DNA from: Spirogloea muscicola
Lineage: Eukaryota
Direction of reading: 5' to 3'
Length of the DNA: 28,452 bases
Assembly (NCBI GenBank): GCA_009602725.1
Contig: WELB01000016.1
Span: forward strand, 931,790 to 960,241
Positions 11,371 through 21,296 of the stretch are shown here, piece by piece (position 1 is the first letter of the stretch; each line of letters opens with the position of its first letter). Made by a program: the position numbers and the translations under genes. Below the pieces are notes generated by a model. That model saw only the letters and a list, made by a program, of their open reading frames with translations. It was not told where the DNA came from and made no database searches.

Positions 11371-12974
11371 TACAAAGAATGGCGTGAAGCTCTTCGATGC
11401 GCCGATCGAGTTGTTGCAAGCGAACTCCACTGCTGGGAGGAGATTGTCCCAGTCATTACTGCCTTTTGCTGCCGACCTTAGCATTTCTTCAAGTGTTCTG
11501 TTGGCCCTTTCAGTCTGGCCATCCGTTTGGGTATACAATCTCGTTGACATAGCCAACTTGGTTCCCAAAGCCTCTGAAATCTCGATATCAAAGTCCAAAA
11601 CCGGCTGGTAAAGCGTGGGCCTCTCTCCGACAAAAATATTTGGAAGACCAACGATTCTGAACTCCAGACTGAGGACTACTTCGGCTAGGTCGACCGCAGA
11701 AATGGCAGATATGATCGCTTCAACTTTTACCAACTTACTTAAAACATCAGCCACAAAAAACATCGCATCATTCCCTGCACTTGTCCTTGCTAACACCGTG
11801 ACCAAATACATGGTTTCGACTTCCAAGGTATATTTCGGTACTGGGAGAGGTTGGAGGATGCCTTAAGCCGCTTGATTTACGTGTTTGTTAGCTTGGCATG
11901 CCTCACATGTTGAGAGCGATTCTTTGACCGTCTTGTCCATATATAGCCAATAGAATGACCTGTTCACTTCTTCAATTGTCTTAGCCTCGCCCATGTGTCC
12001 CAAGATTGCCATGTCATGACATTCTCTCATAATCTGAGTTTTCAAATATTTGTGATCGGGCGCACAGAGTCTTCGCCTTCCTTTGTCTGCGAGATACCAC
12101 CAGGAACCTCCGTGGACATATTTTTCGGGTCTCTCTCCGTCAAAGCGAGTGCCTGCCAGATAATGACTTAATAATTTTAGGAGGAAGGCCGGATTTGGCC
12201 CGATCGCGTTCATGACATTGAGTTCTCTTTAAAGGCCTTTGGGAGAGGGCGTCAGCCAACATATTGTCTTTGCCTTGTAGGTTATTGATCTCAGAGTCAT
12301 ACTCCTGCAGGGATTCCACCCATCTGTCTTGCCTTCGGATCAGTTGGGGTTGCGTTTAAAGGTGTTTCAAGGAGTGATGTTTGGACTTTAATTCTGTCCT
12401 TTGACCTTGTACGTAACACCTCCAAATCTTCAAGGCATGTACTATGGCCAGCGCTTCCTTCTCATAGGTTGGGTAAACGACTTCATTAAGCTTTAGCTTC
12501 CTGCTTTAAAAGGAATTTGGTTGTGGACTATTCCCTTGCTTTTGTGACAGTACCGCCCCAATGCCATAATCTGAGGCGTCTGTGGTGACCTCAATGGGTA
12601 ACTTTGGGTCTGGATGTGCCAGAATTGGTGCATGAGTCAGTACATTTTCTTTCTACTCAAAGGCTTCCTCCTGAGCCAAGCCCCATCCACTAGCAATCCC
12701 CTTCTGCAGTAGGTCCGCCATGGGCTTGCATACACTAGCCATGTTTTTCACGAACTTTCGGTAGTAGTTGGCCAGATCGAGGAACGATCGCAGCTCCTTG
12801 ACATTGGTGGGTTGGGGCCATTGTTCTACGGCCTCAACCTTAGAAGTCTCAACCTCTATTTCGCTTTCAGACAGGACGCGGCCTGGGATTTCGGACTTTC
12901 CTTTCAGGAAGTCGCAATTGGAAAATGTAGTATACAGGTGATGCTCTTGAAGAGTTCCAGCGTGTTTCTTTAGG

Positions 12975-13018
12975 ATGAAAAAAATTGTTCGCCTATCGAG
13001 GGCATGGGCTGAGAAAGG
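12975..13018 (-). mobile_element. 44-bp retroposon 3' end inserted in the Gypsy RT, with an 18-bp TSD
   Basis: On the minus strand the insert reads cctttctcagccc atgccctcgataggcga acaatttttttcat (hairpin family). Flanks are ccagcgtgtttctttagg (12957-12974) and ccagcgtctttctgtagg (13019-13036), 16/18 identical. Confidence 0.8.
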
Positions 13019-15300
13019 CCAGCGTCTTTCTGTAGGTGTTCCCGATATTCTTCCAAAGTTGTGGAACAGGTGAGGATGTCATCAAGGATCGCCACCACAT
13101 GTTCATCCAAGTATGGCTTGAAAAGCTCGTTTACAAGGCCTTGAAAGGTAGCTGGAGCATTTGTGAGGCCGAATGGAAGCACGAGAAGTGCCCATTGTGC
13201 CCATACCGCGTTCGAAAGGGGGTCTTGAGGCTGTCCTTGTCTGCAATGCGGATCTGGTTGTAGCTGCCCCGGAGATCAACTTTGCTGAATGCCGGGCCCC
13301 ACGAGATTGGTCCAGCACTTCGTCTATTCAGGGCAACAAGTATTTCATTTTCACCTTCTAATTGTTCAACGCCCGATAGTCCACACAAATGCGCAGCGAC
13401 CTGTTTCTCCACAAATAAGACAAGAGCTCCATTTGGAGGATGAGACGGTTGGATGAAACCCTTGTCCAAGAGGTCCCCCCAAGAGGTCCTCAGGTTGGCG
13501 CTTCAATTGCTTGAGTTCCTCAAATGACGCTTTATAGCAGCTGCGGTATGCTGGATGGCTCCCATCTTCCAGATCGATCTCGCCATCCACCGCCCTCTGG
13601 GGCGGAAGGCCTTTTGGGAGGTCGTCGGGGAAGACGTCCTTAAAGTCCAAGATTCATTCTCTGATCTCCGGCGCTATATGGCCGAACTTCTCCTTAGGAG
13701 GAGTAACATCCTTCGTGCTCCTCCTTACTAGTGCCAGAAAGAGTGGATCCCTCTTTACGCAAGCCTTCCTGAGCTGAATGGCCGTCAAACGTTGTCCCTC
13801 TCAGCTGTGGAGTCGTGTGTAGGTAAGACCATCGACTGGCCACCCTTAGTCACCAAGGTAACTCGGTCCTTTGACAAAGCTAGTTTGGGGCTGGATTTGG
13901 CTAGCCACGGCTTGCCCAAAACGACGTCATAGGTCGCCAATCTCGTCACGTCCAGCGAGACGTTCTCCTTGTGGCGGCCTCTTATGAGCTTCACTGGCGG
14001 CGTTGCAAGGGAGTTGTCGTGGTGGGATCCATCCGCAAGAACCACTACGTGATCCCTCCTTGACCTCCGTACATAGTCCTTTGTCTTCCACAAAGGCTTC
14101 CGAAACGAAGATGCCAGATGATCCATTATCCACCAATGCCGCTATAGGCTCTCCCACTAATAATCTCTTGAGCCTTATGGGGTTTTCCCTTCCACAATCA
14201 GCCCTTTGCACGAAGCTTAACTCCACAGCGGGAGTCGACTGCTGCTCATCACCAGCTGTCTTCGGAGATGCGCTTCTCAGTGCAGCCACGATGGCTCTTC
14301 CTTGCACCGTCGAGGAATTTCGTACGTCCTGTGACTCCACGCAGGGGGCCGTCTTGTTAAAGGATAGTCTAGGTCCTCCAACACCAACGCCAACAGGGGC
14401 CCCGCCGCCTAGTGACGTGGTCCAATTGCCATTCCGCTCTCACGGACTCTTGCCCCTGGGGTAAACTCTAGCGAGGCGTCCTACCTTGGGGTAGGACGCC
14501 TGCCTAGCCATTCCCTGTAATTTCTTGTAGCCTTGCTTGATCCAAGGCGGCTTAGGTATACTTCCCACAGTCTCTGCCGAGCGCTTCTGGAAGTAAAGGG
14601 CATCCACCCGAACAGCCATACGCACCACCTCGTCGAACGTCTCCGTTGCCCTGATTTCCATCTCCTTCTTGATGCTGCATTTGAGGCCCCGCACAAAGCG
14701 GTCCTTTCTTTCAACTTCGCTGACATCAGGAATTTCCAATACCAAAGCCTTGGATCTCCTGGACATACTCCTGTACTGTTCCAAATTGCCAAAGCACAGC
14801 CAGCTTGTCCCTGGCGATGCGGATTGTCATGATTCGACCCCTGTAGACAGGCAATAAGGCGGTCAAGTCCTCATTGGGCGCGGACGTAGGGATTTAGGAG
14901 CAAACCCCTACACCGAGAAGCCCCTCGCTCCTCAGCGCACAGCGGAAGTCTTGCCCTGTGGTGCCGCCGTCAGGCGGCGTCTCCACCTCCCGGGCACCAG
15001 CCCGCAGCTAGCCCGCCAAGGGCCGGCCACGGACGCCTTGCAGCGAGCCGGCAGCGTCCTGCCGGCGACGGGCTGCAGCAACAGGCGCAGCAGCAGGGCT
15101 GCGCTGCTCTGGGGGCTTCACTGATCCGAACTGCTGTCCGTGTCTCTGCCCCCAGACTCCTAGTGCTCCCGGTGCCGCCCGCCCTCCAGGGGCGCATGGA
15201 TCGCTCCATGGCCCACCCCGCGGAGCGGGCCGCATGCGGCCCGCCCCGAGGGCCAGGCTTGTCGATGGGAAGGCCCCGCTGTCGGGGCCGACTTGTCGAA

Positions 15301-15565
15301 GCGCCGGGGTGGACACCGCGCCACCGCGGCCCCCGTGCGCGGGGCGCCAGGGTGGACACCGTGCCACCGAGGCCGCGTGCGCTGGGCGCCAGGGTGGACG
15401 CCGTGCCACCGCGGCCCCGTGCGCCGGGCGCCAGGGTGGACACCGTGCCACCGCGGCCTCGTAGGCCGGGCGCCGGGCCAGGCCAGGTCGGTCGGGGCGG
15501 GGCGCCAGGTTGGACAACGCGCCACCGAGGCCCCCGTGCGGGACCGCCAGGCCAGGCCAGGTCGG
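15301..15565. repeat. GC-rich 42-43-bp minisatellite, five copies
   Basis: Unit gcgccagggtggacaccgtgccaccgcggccccgtgcgccgg starts at 15301, 15344, 15386, 15428 and 15502. ggccaggccaggtcgg follows copies 4 and 5. Confidence 0.9.
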
Positions 15566-16499
15566 CCACGTGCCAACTCGGTAAGCGTAGCCACCACGGT
15601 TAACGCTCACAGTGAGTGGGAACGTTACACACCGCGTGCCTTCCCTACATAAAGATTGCAAGGAAACCCCCGAATATTAGAAGCTTCGACGCCTGCAGCT
15701 GCTGGCAGACGCCGGCTGATGCCCCCTTTGCCAGGGCTGGATGGTCGCTGGTCACTCTGGGTACAGGTGAATGCGAAATTTTAGAGGGCCCACGACAAAA
15801 GTAGAGATCCAGAATGGCTCAAGAAAACAAACGAAGAAGCACGGGAGGCAAAGCGTGTACACAACGGTACAGGAGGGCCTGAGTAGCCAAGTACAAACGA
15901 AAGCACATTCATAGATGTACATCACCTGCTGCTGAGGCGACCCGCTCAGTAACATCGCGTAAGCCAGTAGGAGTGGCTGATTGATGCCTGATAAGGGATG
16001 GCTATTTCTGAGTACATTAGCCAGCAACCAGAGGCTTGACCAGCTTTCCTGTGCCGATCCGGAGGCTTAGCTCCTGCAAAGAGGCTCCCATTCGACGGCG
16101 GAACAACAACAGATGTGCGCCAGTAAGCTCATCTCAGACGACACAGCACAATCGTCATGTCGTGCATGTTGTAGGGTAGCATATCCTCGAGTAGGGATTC
16201 GAAAGGAGGACCTGCATGTACATAGATGCGGCTGGTAGGAGGTGATTGCAGGGCGGATAGACGGATAAGTGTGAATATCTGTTTGCTCTATACCTACTCT
16301 GTAGAAATGTAGGTCGACGCTGAAGCTTTAAACGCTTTCATAACATCGACCAAGGCACATTATCCTCCGCCAGCTTTTACATCCACAGTGTCTAGGGTGC
16401 AACTTGTGAAGGCGTCTCTGGGCGTCCGTGGTGCTTGGCATGATGTTGTTCACCTCCAAAGTTTTGCAGTAGAAAGCGTCACGGCACCAAGCCTGCCAA

Positions 16500-17850
16500 G
16501 GCAACCCGGAGGTCGTTGTGGATGTTGACCACTTCGTTTTGGTGGGCATTCAGAGGCCAATGGGCCATTGCCACATGTGCGTGGCGAGGTCTCCAACATC
16601 CGTGCGAGGCGACGAGGTTGGCGGCACGCGTGTGGAGACGGCCATCCGTCCCAGGTTTCAGGGGCATGATGCTGGGTTCTCCATGGCCACGATGTGACCT
16701 GCCTCCAGGAAGACGCCATACATGGCATTCCGGAGGAGGTTGTGCGTGGCGATCCGCTCTACTCGCCGTGTAGCGACCGCTTCGTGCTGACTCTTGGTTA
16801 CTGAGCAGGTAGGCTTAGCAGCAGATGATGTACATCTGTCAATGTGCTTGCCTTTGTACTTGCCACTCAGGCCCCCCAGCACTCATAACGTACTCCAAAT
16901 CTCCCCTGTAGGAATGCGGGATGGGAAGGGTGGTGACGTCTTCCGGGATGTGAAGGGTGGTTAGCTCCCATTTGCTGTAGTCTCGTGCATAGCTGTGTGA
17001 TTTTCTCCCCCTCTTGAGCCCCTTTCGCCCCTTGGACCCTGTCCATGTTGTCTGGGTTGGCGTTTCCCTTGGCCACTTCGACCTTTGTTCACTCCTTTTC
17101 CTGGGCTGGCCTCTCCTAGCCACCGCCCTCTCCTCCTTTGTCCATTCCTTTGGGCTGGCCTCTCACAGCCAACAGTCAATATGACGCGCTTTCTTCTCCT
17201 GGAAGCGTCTGTCCTCCTTTTCACAGCCCCTGCCCCCTCTGGCCAGGGGACCCGCTTCCAGGAACTCAGTCTCTCTGACCTGAGGCTGCTCAGCAGGGGT
17301 TACTGAGTGCTTCATTGCTGCTTCGTTTCTTTTTTTGTGCTTGTTGTTCTTCGTACTTCCCCTGGCCCCTTCTCGTCCTTCATTCATTCTTTTTTGGGCT
17401 GGCTTTTTCCAGCCCCTATCCTCAATAGGCGAGCCCTTCATTTGGAAGAGCTCCTTTCCTACCATCGGACCCCTGGACCTTTGCCCCGTCAGTAGCGCTT
17501 GCTCTTCCACTGTTGCAGGCCCATTCCAATGCCTCACCTCTTTTCTTGCCCCGGGCAGCCCGGGCTAGGCAATCCGCAGCATCCGCTACACCTTGCATCT
17601 GCGTGCTGGTCGCGCCCTCGCCTAGGAGTACAGGCAGTGGCGACTCATTTTGGCTTCTTACCTTCCACATGCGGCTGACCCTTACTAGGAATAATTGAGC
17701 AGCCACCTTAGTGGCATCTTGCTTTCCTGCTTGGTATACCGTTGTCGGCTTTTTAGGACGTTGTTCACTCAATTGTGGGCTGGCTTTTCACAGCCCTCGC
17801 CCCATTTGGAAAGGCCGCTTCTTCAGCCACTTGTCATGCCACACTGTGTC
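16500..17850 (+). mobile_element. Nested array of RLE-retroposon 3' ends
   Basis: Segments ending VLTLGY* (16804), LRLLSRGY* (17306) and LHLRAGRALA...LTRNN* (17698). Hairpins at 17055 and 17217 (one hairpin, split by an insertion), 17103, 17152, 17396 and 17777. Confidence 0.75.
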
Positions 17851-18780
17851 GACTGCCAGGTAACGGCAATAGAGCATATTTGTATAGAACTCAGGTGACA
17901 CGTCAGAGTGTACGTGGCCGGCAAAGCATTGGGAATAGAAGTGAAGACCGAGAAATTTAGGAACATGCACGAACAGATAGTAACGGCATAATTGTGATGG
18001 ATGATTTTGGATTACAACTTAGTAGGTTGGGAGACAAGTCACACGCTTTGAACCGCAGTCCGGAATAAGAAGAAATGACGAACACAAAGGTGCTGAAGCA
18101 GTACTTCGCAACAGGCTCTGAGCAGCTCGAGACGATGTTCGAAGCCTGCACTTCGAATATACAAAAGGTCTCGATCTTCGTGGCTTACCAAGTGCGAACC
18201 GGTCTAATGCAAGCGGACGCGGAGCCCGGACTCTCCAGCGACTGCCGGTCTGACGCGACCGGAGGCGGAGCTACCCGGATTAGGCTCTTTAGCGGAAGTT
18301 GCGTCGCGTTCCTATGCCCACGCCTTCTTGGCGTGGCCCTGGACGCGCGCGCTACGCCTACTGAGGCAACAGCGGCGGCGGCGACGGCAGCGGCGGCGGC
18401 AAAGGTTGGCAACATCCAAAGGAAGAGACTGGGCCGAGTAAGCTACTCGGCTCTTAACCCTCCGCACCCCTTATGCTTGGTCAGAGAAAGAAAGGAAATA
18501 CGTTGTTTGTTGGGGTGGGCCATCTGGCCCATCTGGTCCCCAAGGTCTCAAGGCCAGTCTGGCCTAGACTTGCATCTACCATTACCTACCACTTCCCCAC
18601 CACTGCCTAGCCGATTCCTCACGGCTCATCGAGGCAAATCACACCTTCGACGGCTTCATGAGCTCTCTCGGTCTATGATTGAGGTGCTTTGTGTGGTCTG
18701 GGTGGCAAGATGGCACTGCTCATTGGTGTCAGTAGTTGACATGGGCGGCATGATACCTGCACGCCGTGACCAGGCTGTCA

Positions 18781-18940
18781 CGACTAGTCGAGAGGGTTGG
18801 GCTCCCCGCGTCCGGCAGGATGGGGCGACTGCCTGGGTTTTGCGCCCGCGTCAGACGGAACGTGAGCAGCGATTGGGCGATGCGCCCCAGTCCGGCGGGA
18901 CGTGAGCAGCGATTGGGTGATGCCCCCGCATCAGACAGGA
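18781..18940. repeat. Degenerate 40-bp minisatellite, four copies
   Basis: Units 18781-18820, 18821-18860, 18861-18900 and 18901-18940 each end in a cccgcgtc(c/a)g(g/a)c(a/g)g(g/a)a-like motif. Units 3 and 4 share cgtgagcagcgattggg. Confidence 0.75.
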
Positions 18941-19004
18941 TTTGGGCGGCAATTGAACTCGAACGTCGCCAAGTGGTACTTCGGCGACAACTTGAGCACC
19001 ACTT

Positions 19005-20490
19005 TCTGACTTCGTCTCTATGTTCTGCAGTGTCTTGCAGTGTAGTCCTTTTTCCGGCTCCTTTTTCTTTGGCTTTGAACATTGTCCATTCTTTTTTGGG
19101 CTTGCTTTGCCAGCCCCTCCTCCTCCGCTTGGCCGTCTCGCTGCAGAGGTCTATGGCCCGCGCGCTGCACCTGCGTGCAGGCAGAGCCCTCGCTGCTGCC
19201 TCTGGCTCTGGCCAGGGGACCCGCTTCCAGGAACCCAGTCTCTCTGACCTGAGGCTGCTTACTGAGTGCTTCGTAGCTGCTTCGCTTCTTTTCTGTGCTT
19301 GTTGTTCTTCGTACTTCCCCTGGCCCCTTCTCGTCCTTCATTCATTCTTTTCTGGGCTGGCTTTTTCCAGCCCCTATCCTCAATGGGCGAGCCCTTCTCC
19401 TTCTTTATGGGCGCGCACTTCTCTAACCAAGCGGGTGGAAGGCCCCGCGCTCGCGACCCCATCTTCACACCAGATTGATGAATGACGCGCCCTCAAATAG
19501 CCACATGAGCAGCCACCTCCGCATCCTTGTCAGCACCGACGCAAATGAGCCACCGACGTGGACATCGCACGACATCTCCACCATTCGTGCGAGGCGACGA
19601 GATCGGCGCGCGATGCGGGTGGAGACGGCCATCTGCCCCAGCTTTCAGGGGCATGATGCTGGAGTTCTCCATGGCCACGGTGTAGCCTGCCTCCAGGAAG
19701 ACGCCAGACATGGCCTTCCCGAGGAGTACGTACATGCCGGTCCACTCCCCTCCCCGTGTAGCGACCCCTACGTGCTGACTCGTGGTTACTGAGCGGGTCA
19801 GCATAGCAGCACGAGATGTACATCTGTCAATGTGCTTGCCTTAGCACTTGGCCATTCAGGCCCTCCATCGCTCAAAACACACTCAATGTCTCCCGTGTAG
19901 GGGGTATCCTGGATTGGATGGGTGGTGACGTCTTCCAAGATGGGAAGGGTGGATCATTCCCCTTCGCCGTGGTATCTTGCATACCTGTGTGGTTTTCTCC
20001 CCCTCATTAGGGCCTGTCGCTCCTTCCTTGTCCATTACTGTGGAGCTGACTTTTCACACCCTTTGCCCCCTTTGGGTGAGCTCCTACGTCACCGGCCCTC
20101 GGACTCCGGAACCCCTGGACTTGGCCCCTGCAAGAACTGTTGCTATTTTGCTGTTGCAGTTCCGTCCCAATGCTTCCCCTCTTCTCTTGCTCCGCCCGCA
20201 GCCCGGGCTTGGCGATCCGCAGCATCCGTCATACCTTGCATCTGCATGCTGATCGTGCCTTGGCTACAGCCTCAGGATACTAGGCGGGGTGACTCCTTCC
20301 TTATCTACTTGCTGCTGCTCACTGGAGGTTACTGAGCAGCCATCCTTAGTTGTCTGTTGCTTTCCAGCTTGGTGTACAGTTTCGACTTCAACTTCGGCGT
20401 GGTTCACTCTTTTGTGGGCTGGCTTTCACAGACCTCCGCCCCACAGGAAGGGCCGCTTCTTCAGCCACTTGCATAGCTGTGTGACTTACC
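19005..20490 (+). mobile_element. Second nested array of RLE-retroposon 3' ends; 19540-20490 is paralogous to 16560-17850
   Basis: LAVSLQRSMARALHLRAGRALAAASGSGQGTRFQEPSLSDLRLL (19129-19260), VLTRGY* (19792), LHLHADRALA...LLTGGY* (20335). Hairpins at 19098, 19354, 20043 (degenerate) and 20416. Confidence 0.78.
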
Positions 20491-20880
20491 ACTTTCCGGC
20501 CCTTCAGACCTTGTATATAATTTTCACAGCCGTTGTCCCCTGTTGGTAGAACTTTCTTTTCAGTTGGCAGGACTCTGCGATGTACTGCTAAAAGTTTCAA
20601 ATTGTGGTTGTTGGCCAAGAAGTAGTGAGTGGCTACCTAAAACAGCCGCTGATCGTGCTGTGTGATCTATCCTTTCGTGTTGGGGCTTGCCTGTAGATCC
20701 CTTGTTCGTTTTGTTGAGCTGCCCCTCTGCAGCTAGTGAACTTATCATAGACCTCTTTCTCTCATGACCACAGCTTGGTGCATGTGCCTACAGCCTCTTC
20801 AATGACTATGGTACCACAAGCACTCAGGGTGACCACCCCCCAAGATGGTTGTTTTGGTGGCTTTACATGCGTGTTGTGAG

Positions 20881-21015
20881 GAAGAAGTGCTCGCCCATAG
20901 AGAAGAGGGCTGGCAAAGCCAGCCCTAAAAAGCATGGACAATGGCCAAAGCCAAAGAAAGAGGAGCCGGAGAAAGGACTACACTACAAAACACTGCAAAA
21001 CACAGACGATGCAGA
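20881..21015 (-). mobile_element. Retroposon 3' end of the same family as 19005-19124, ~280 bp downstream of the paralog C stop
   Basis: The reverse complement reads ...tgtagtcctttctccggctcctctttctttggctttggccattgtccat...gggctggctttgccagccctcttctctatgggcgagcacttctt, matching 19030-19120. Confidence 0.75.
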
Positions 21016-21296
21016 GGGAAGCTCAGTACCCACGAGTGAGCAACATCAGGTCTGAGTAGCTCGCTGCAGAGAGAGAGGCACTCCGCCGAGACCCAGAGGC
21101 GGCAGGATGAGGGGGTGTGAGGGGGAAGAAGCAGGCAGGCGAATTGCCGAATTGGTGACAAAATTAGTACATTCACGCAAACAGGCAGAGCTTGTCCCAA
21201 TGCTAGACCAGCTAAGGATCGTGAGTGGGAGGTCTCTGTTGCAACATTGCATGCAGAGCGCTATGCTTGAGTTGCGCAGGTACTGGTAGATTGCAA

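Larger units (their letters stand above)
10241..14832 (-). mobile_element. Degenerate Ty3/Gypsy LTR retrotransposon with chromodomain (chromovirus): gag-PR-RT-RNaseH-IN-CHD
   Basis: gag ...DRFVRGLK..IKKE (14784-14440). Protease ALVDNGSSGIFVS (~14140). RT VFPDDLPKGLPP, FSKVDLRGSYNQIRI, LPFGLTNAPATFQ, ILDD. RNase [17 protein letters not shown] (~12590). Integrase HHCC (CHD...GHMG...CEAC) and QTDGQTERANRTLE. Chromodomain EYEV...FLVRWTGFDESNDSWEP (10261-10420). Polypurine tract at 10241-10256 abutting a TG LTR start at 10240. Many stops and frameshifts. Confidence 0.95.

Noticed and set aside
14886..14911. Telomere-like tttagg / aaacccct hairpin
   Set aside because: Only single imperfect units, no telomeric array, and no TSD pairing with the CCCTA at 15647.
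17296..17440. Hammerhead ribozyme or SECIS element at the GGTTACTGAG motif
   Set aside because: I could not find a CUGANGA...GAAA core with flanking stems or a SECIS quartet, and one copy has TAA instead of TGA. An Infernal scan would settle it.
18181..18200. Possible primer-binding site and 5' LTR edge of the Gypsy element (cttacca-ag-TGCGA, mirroring TCGCA at 10236-10240)
   Set aside because: Sequence right of 18193 does not align convincingly with 9780-10240, and the site is not the canonical tRNA-iMet primer-binding site, so no LTR pair can be supported.
18781..18940. CRISPR-like repeat-spacer appearance (also 15301-15565)
   Set aside because: The 'spacers' are related to each other, the repeats are degenerate, there are no cas genes, and the context is eukaryotic.
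18075..19485. Long + strand ORFs of 276 and 239 aa as genes
   Set aside because: They run through a minisatellite and nested retroposon fragments; only the short RLE tail at 19129-19260 is recognisable protein.
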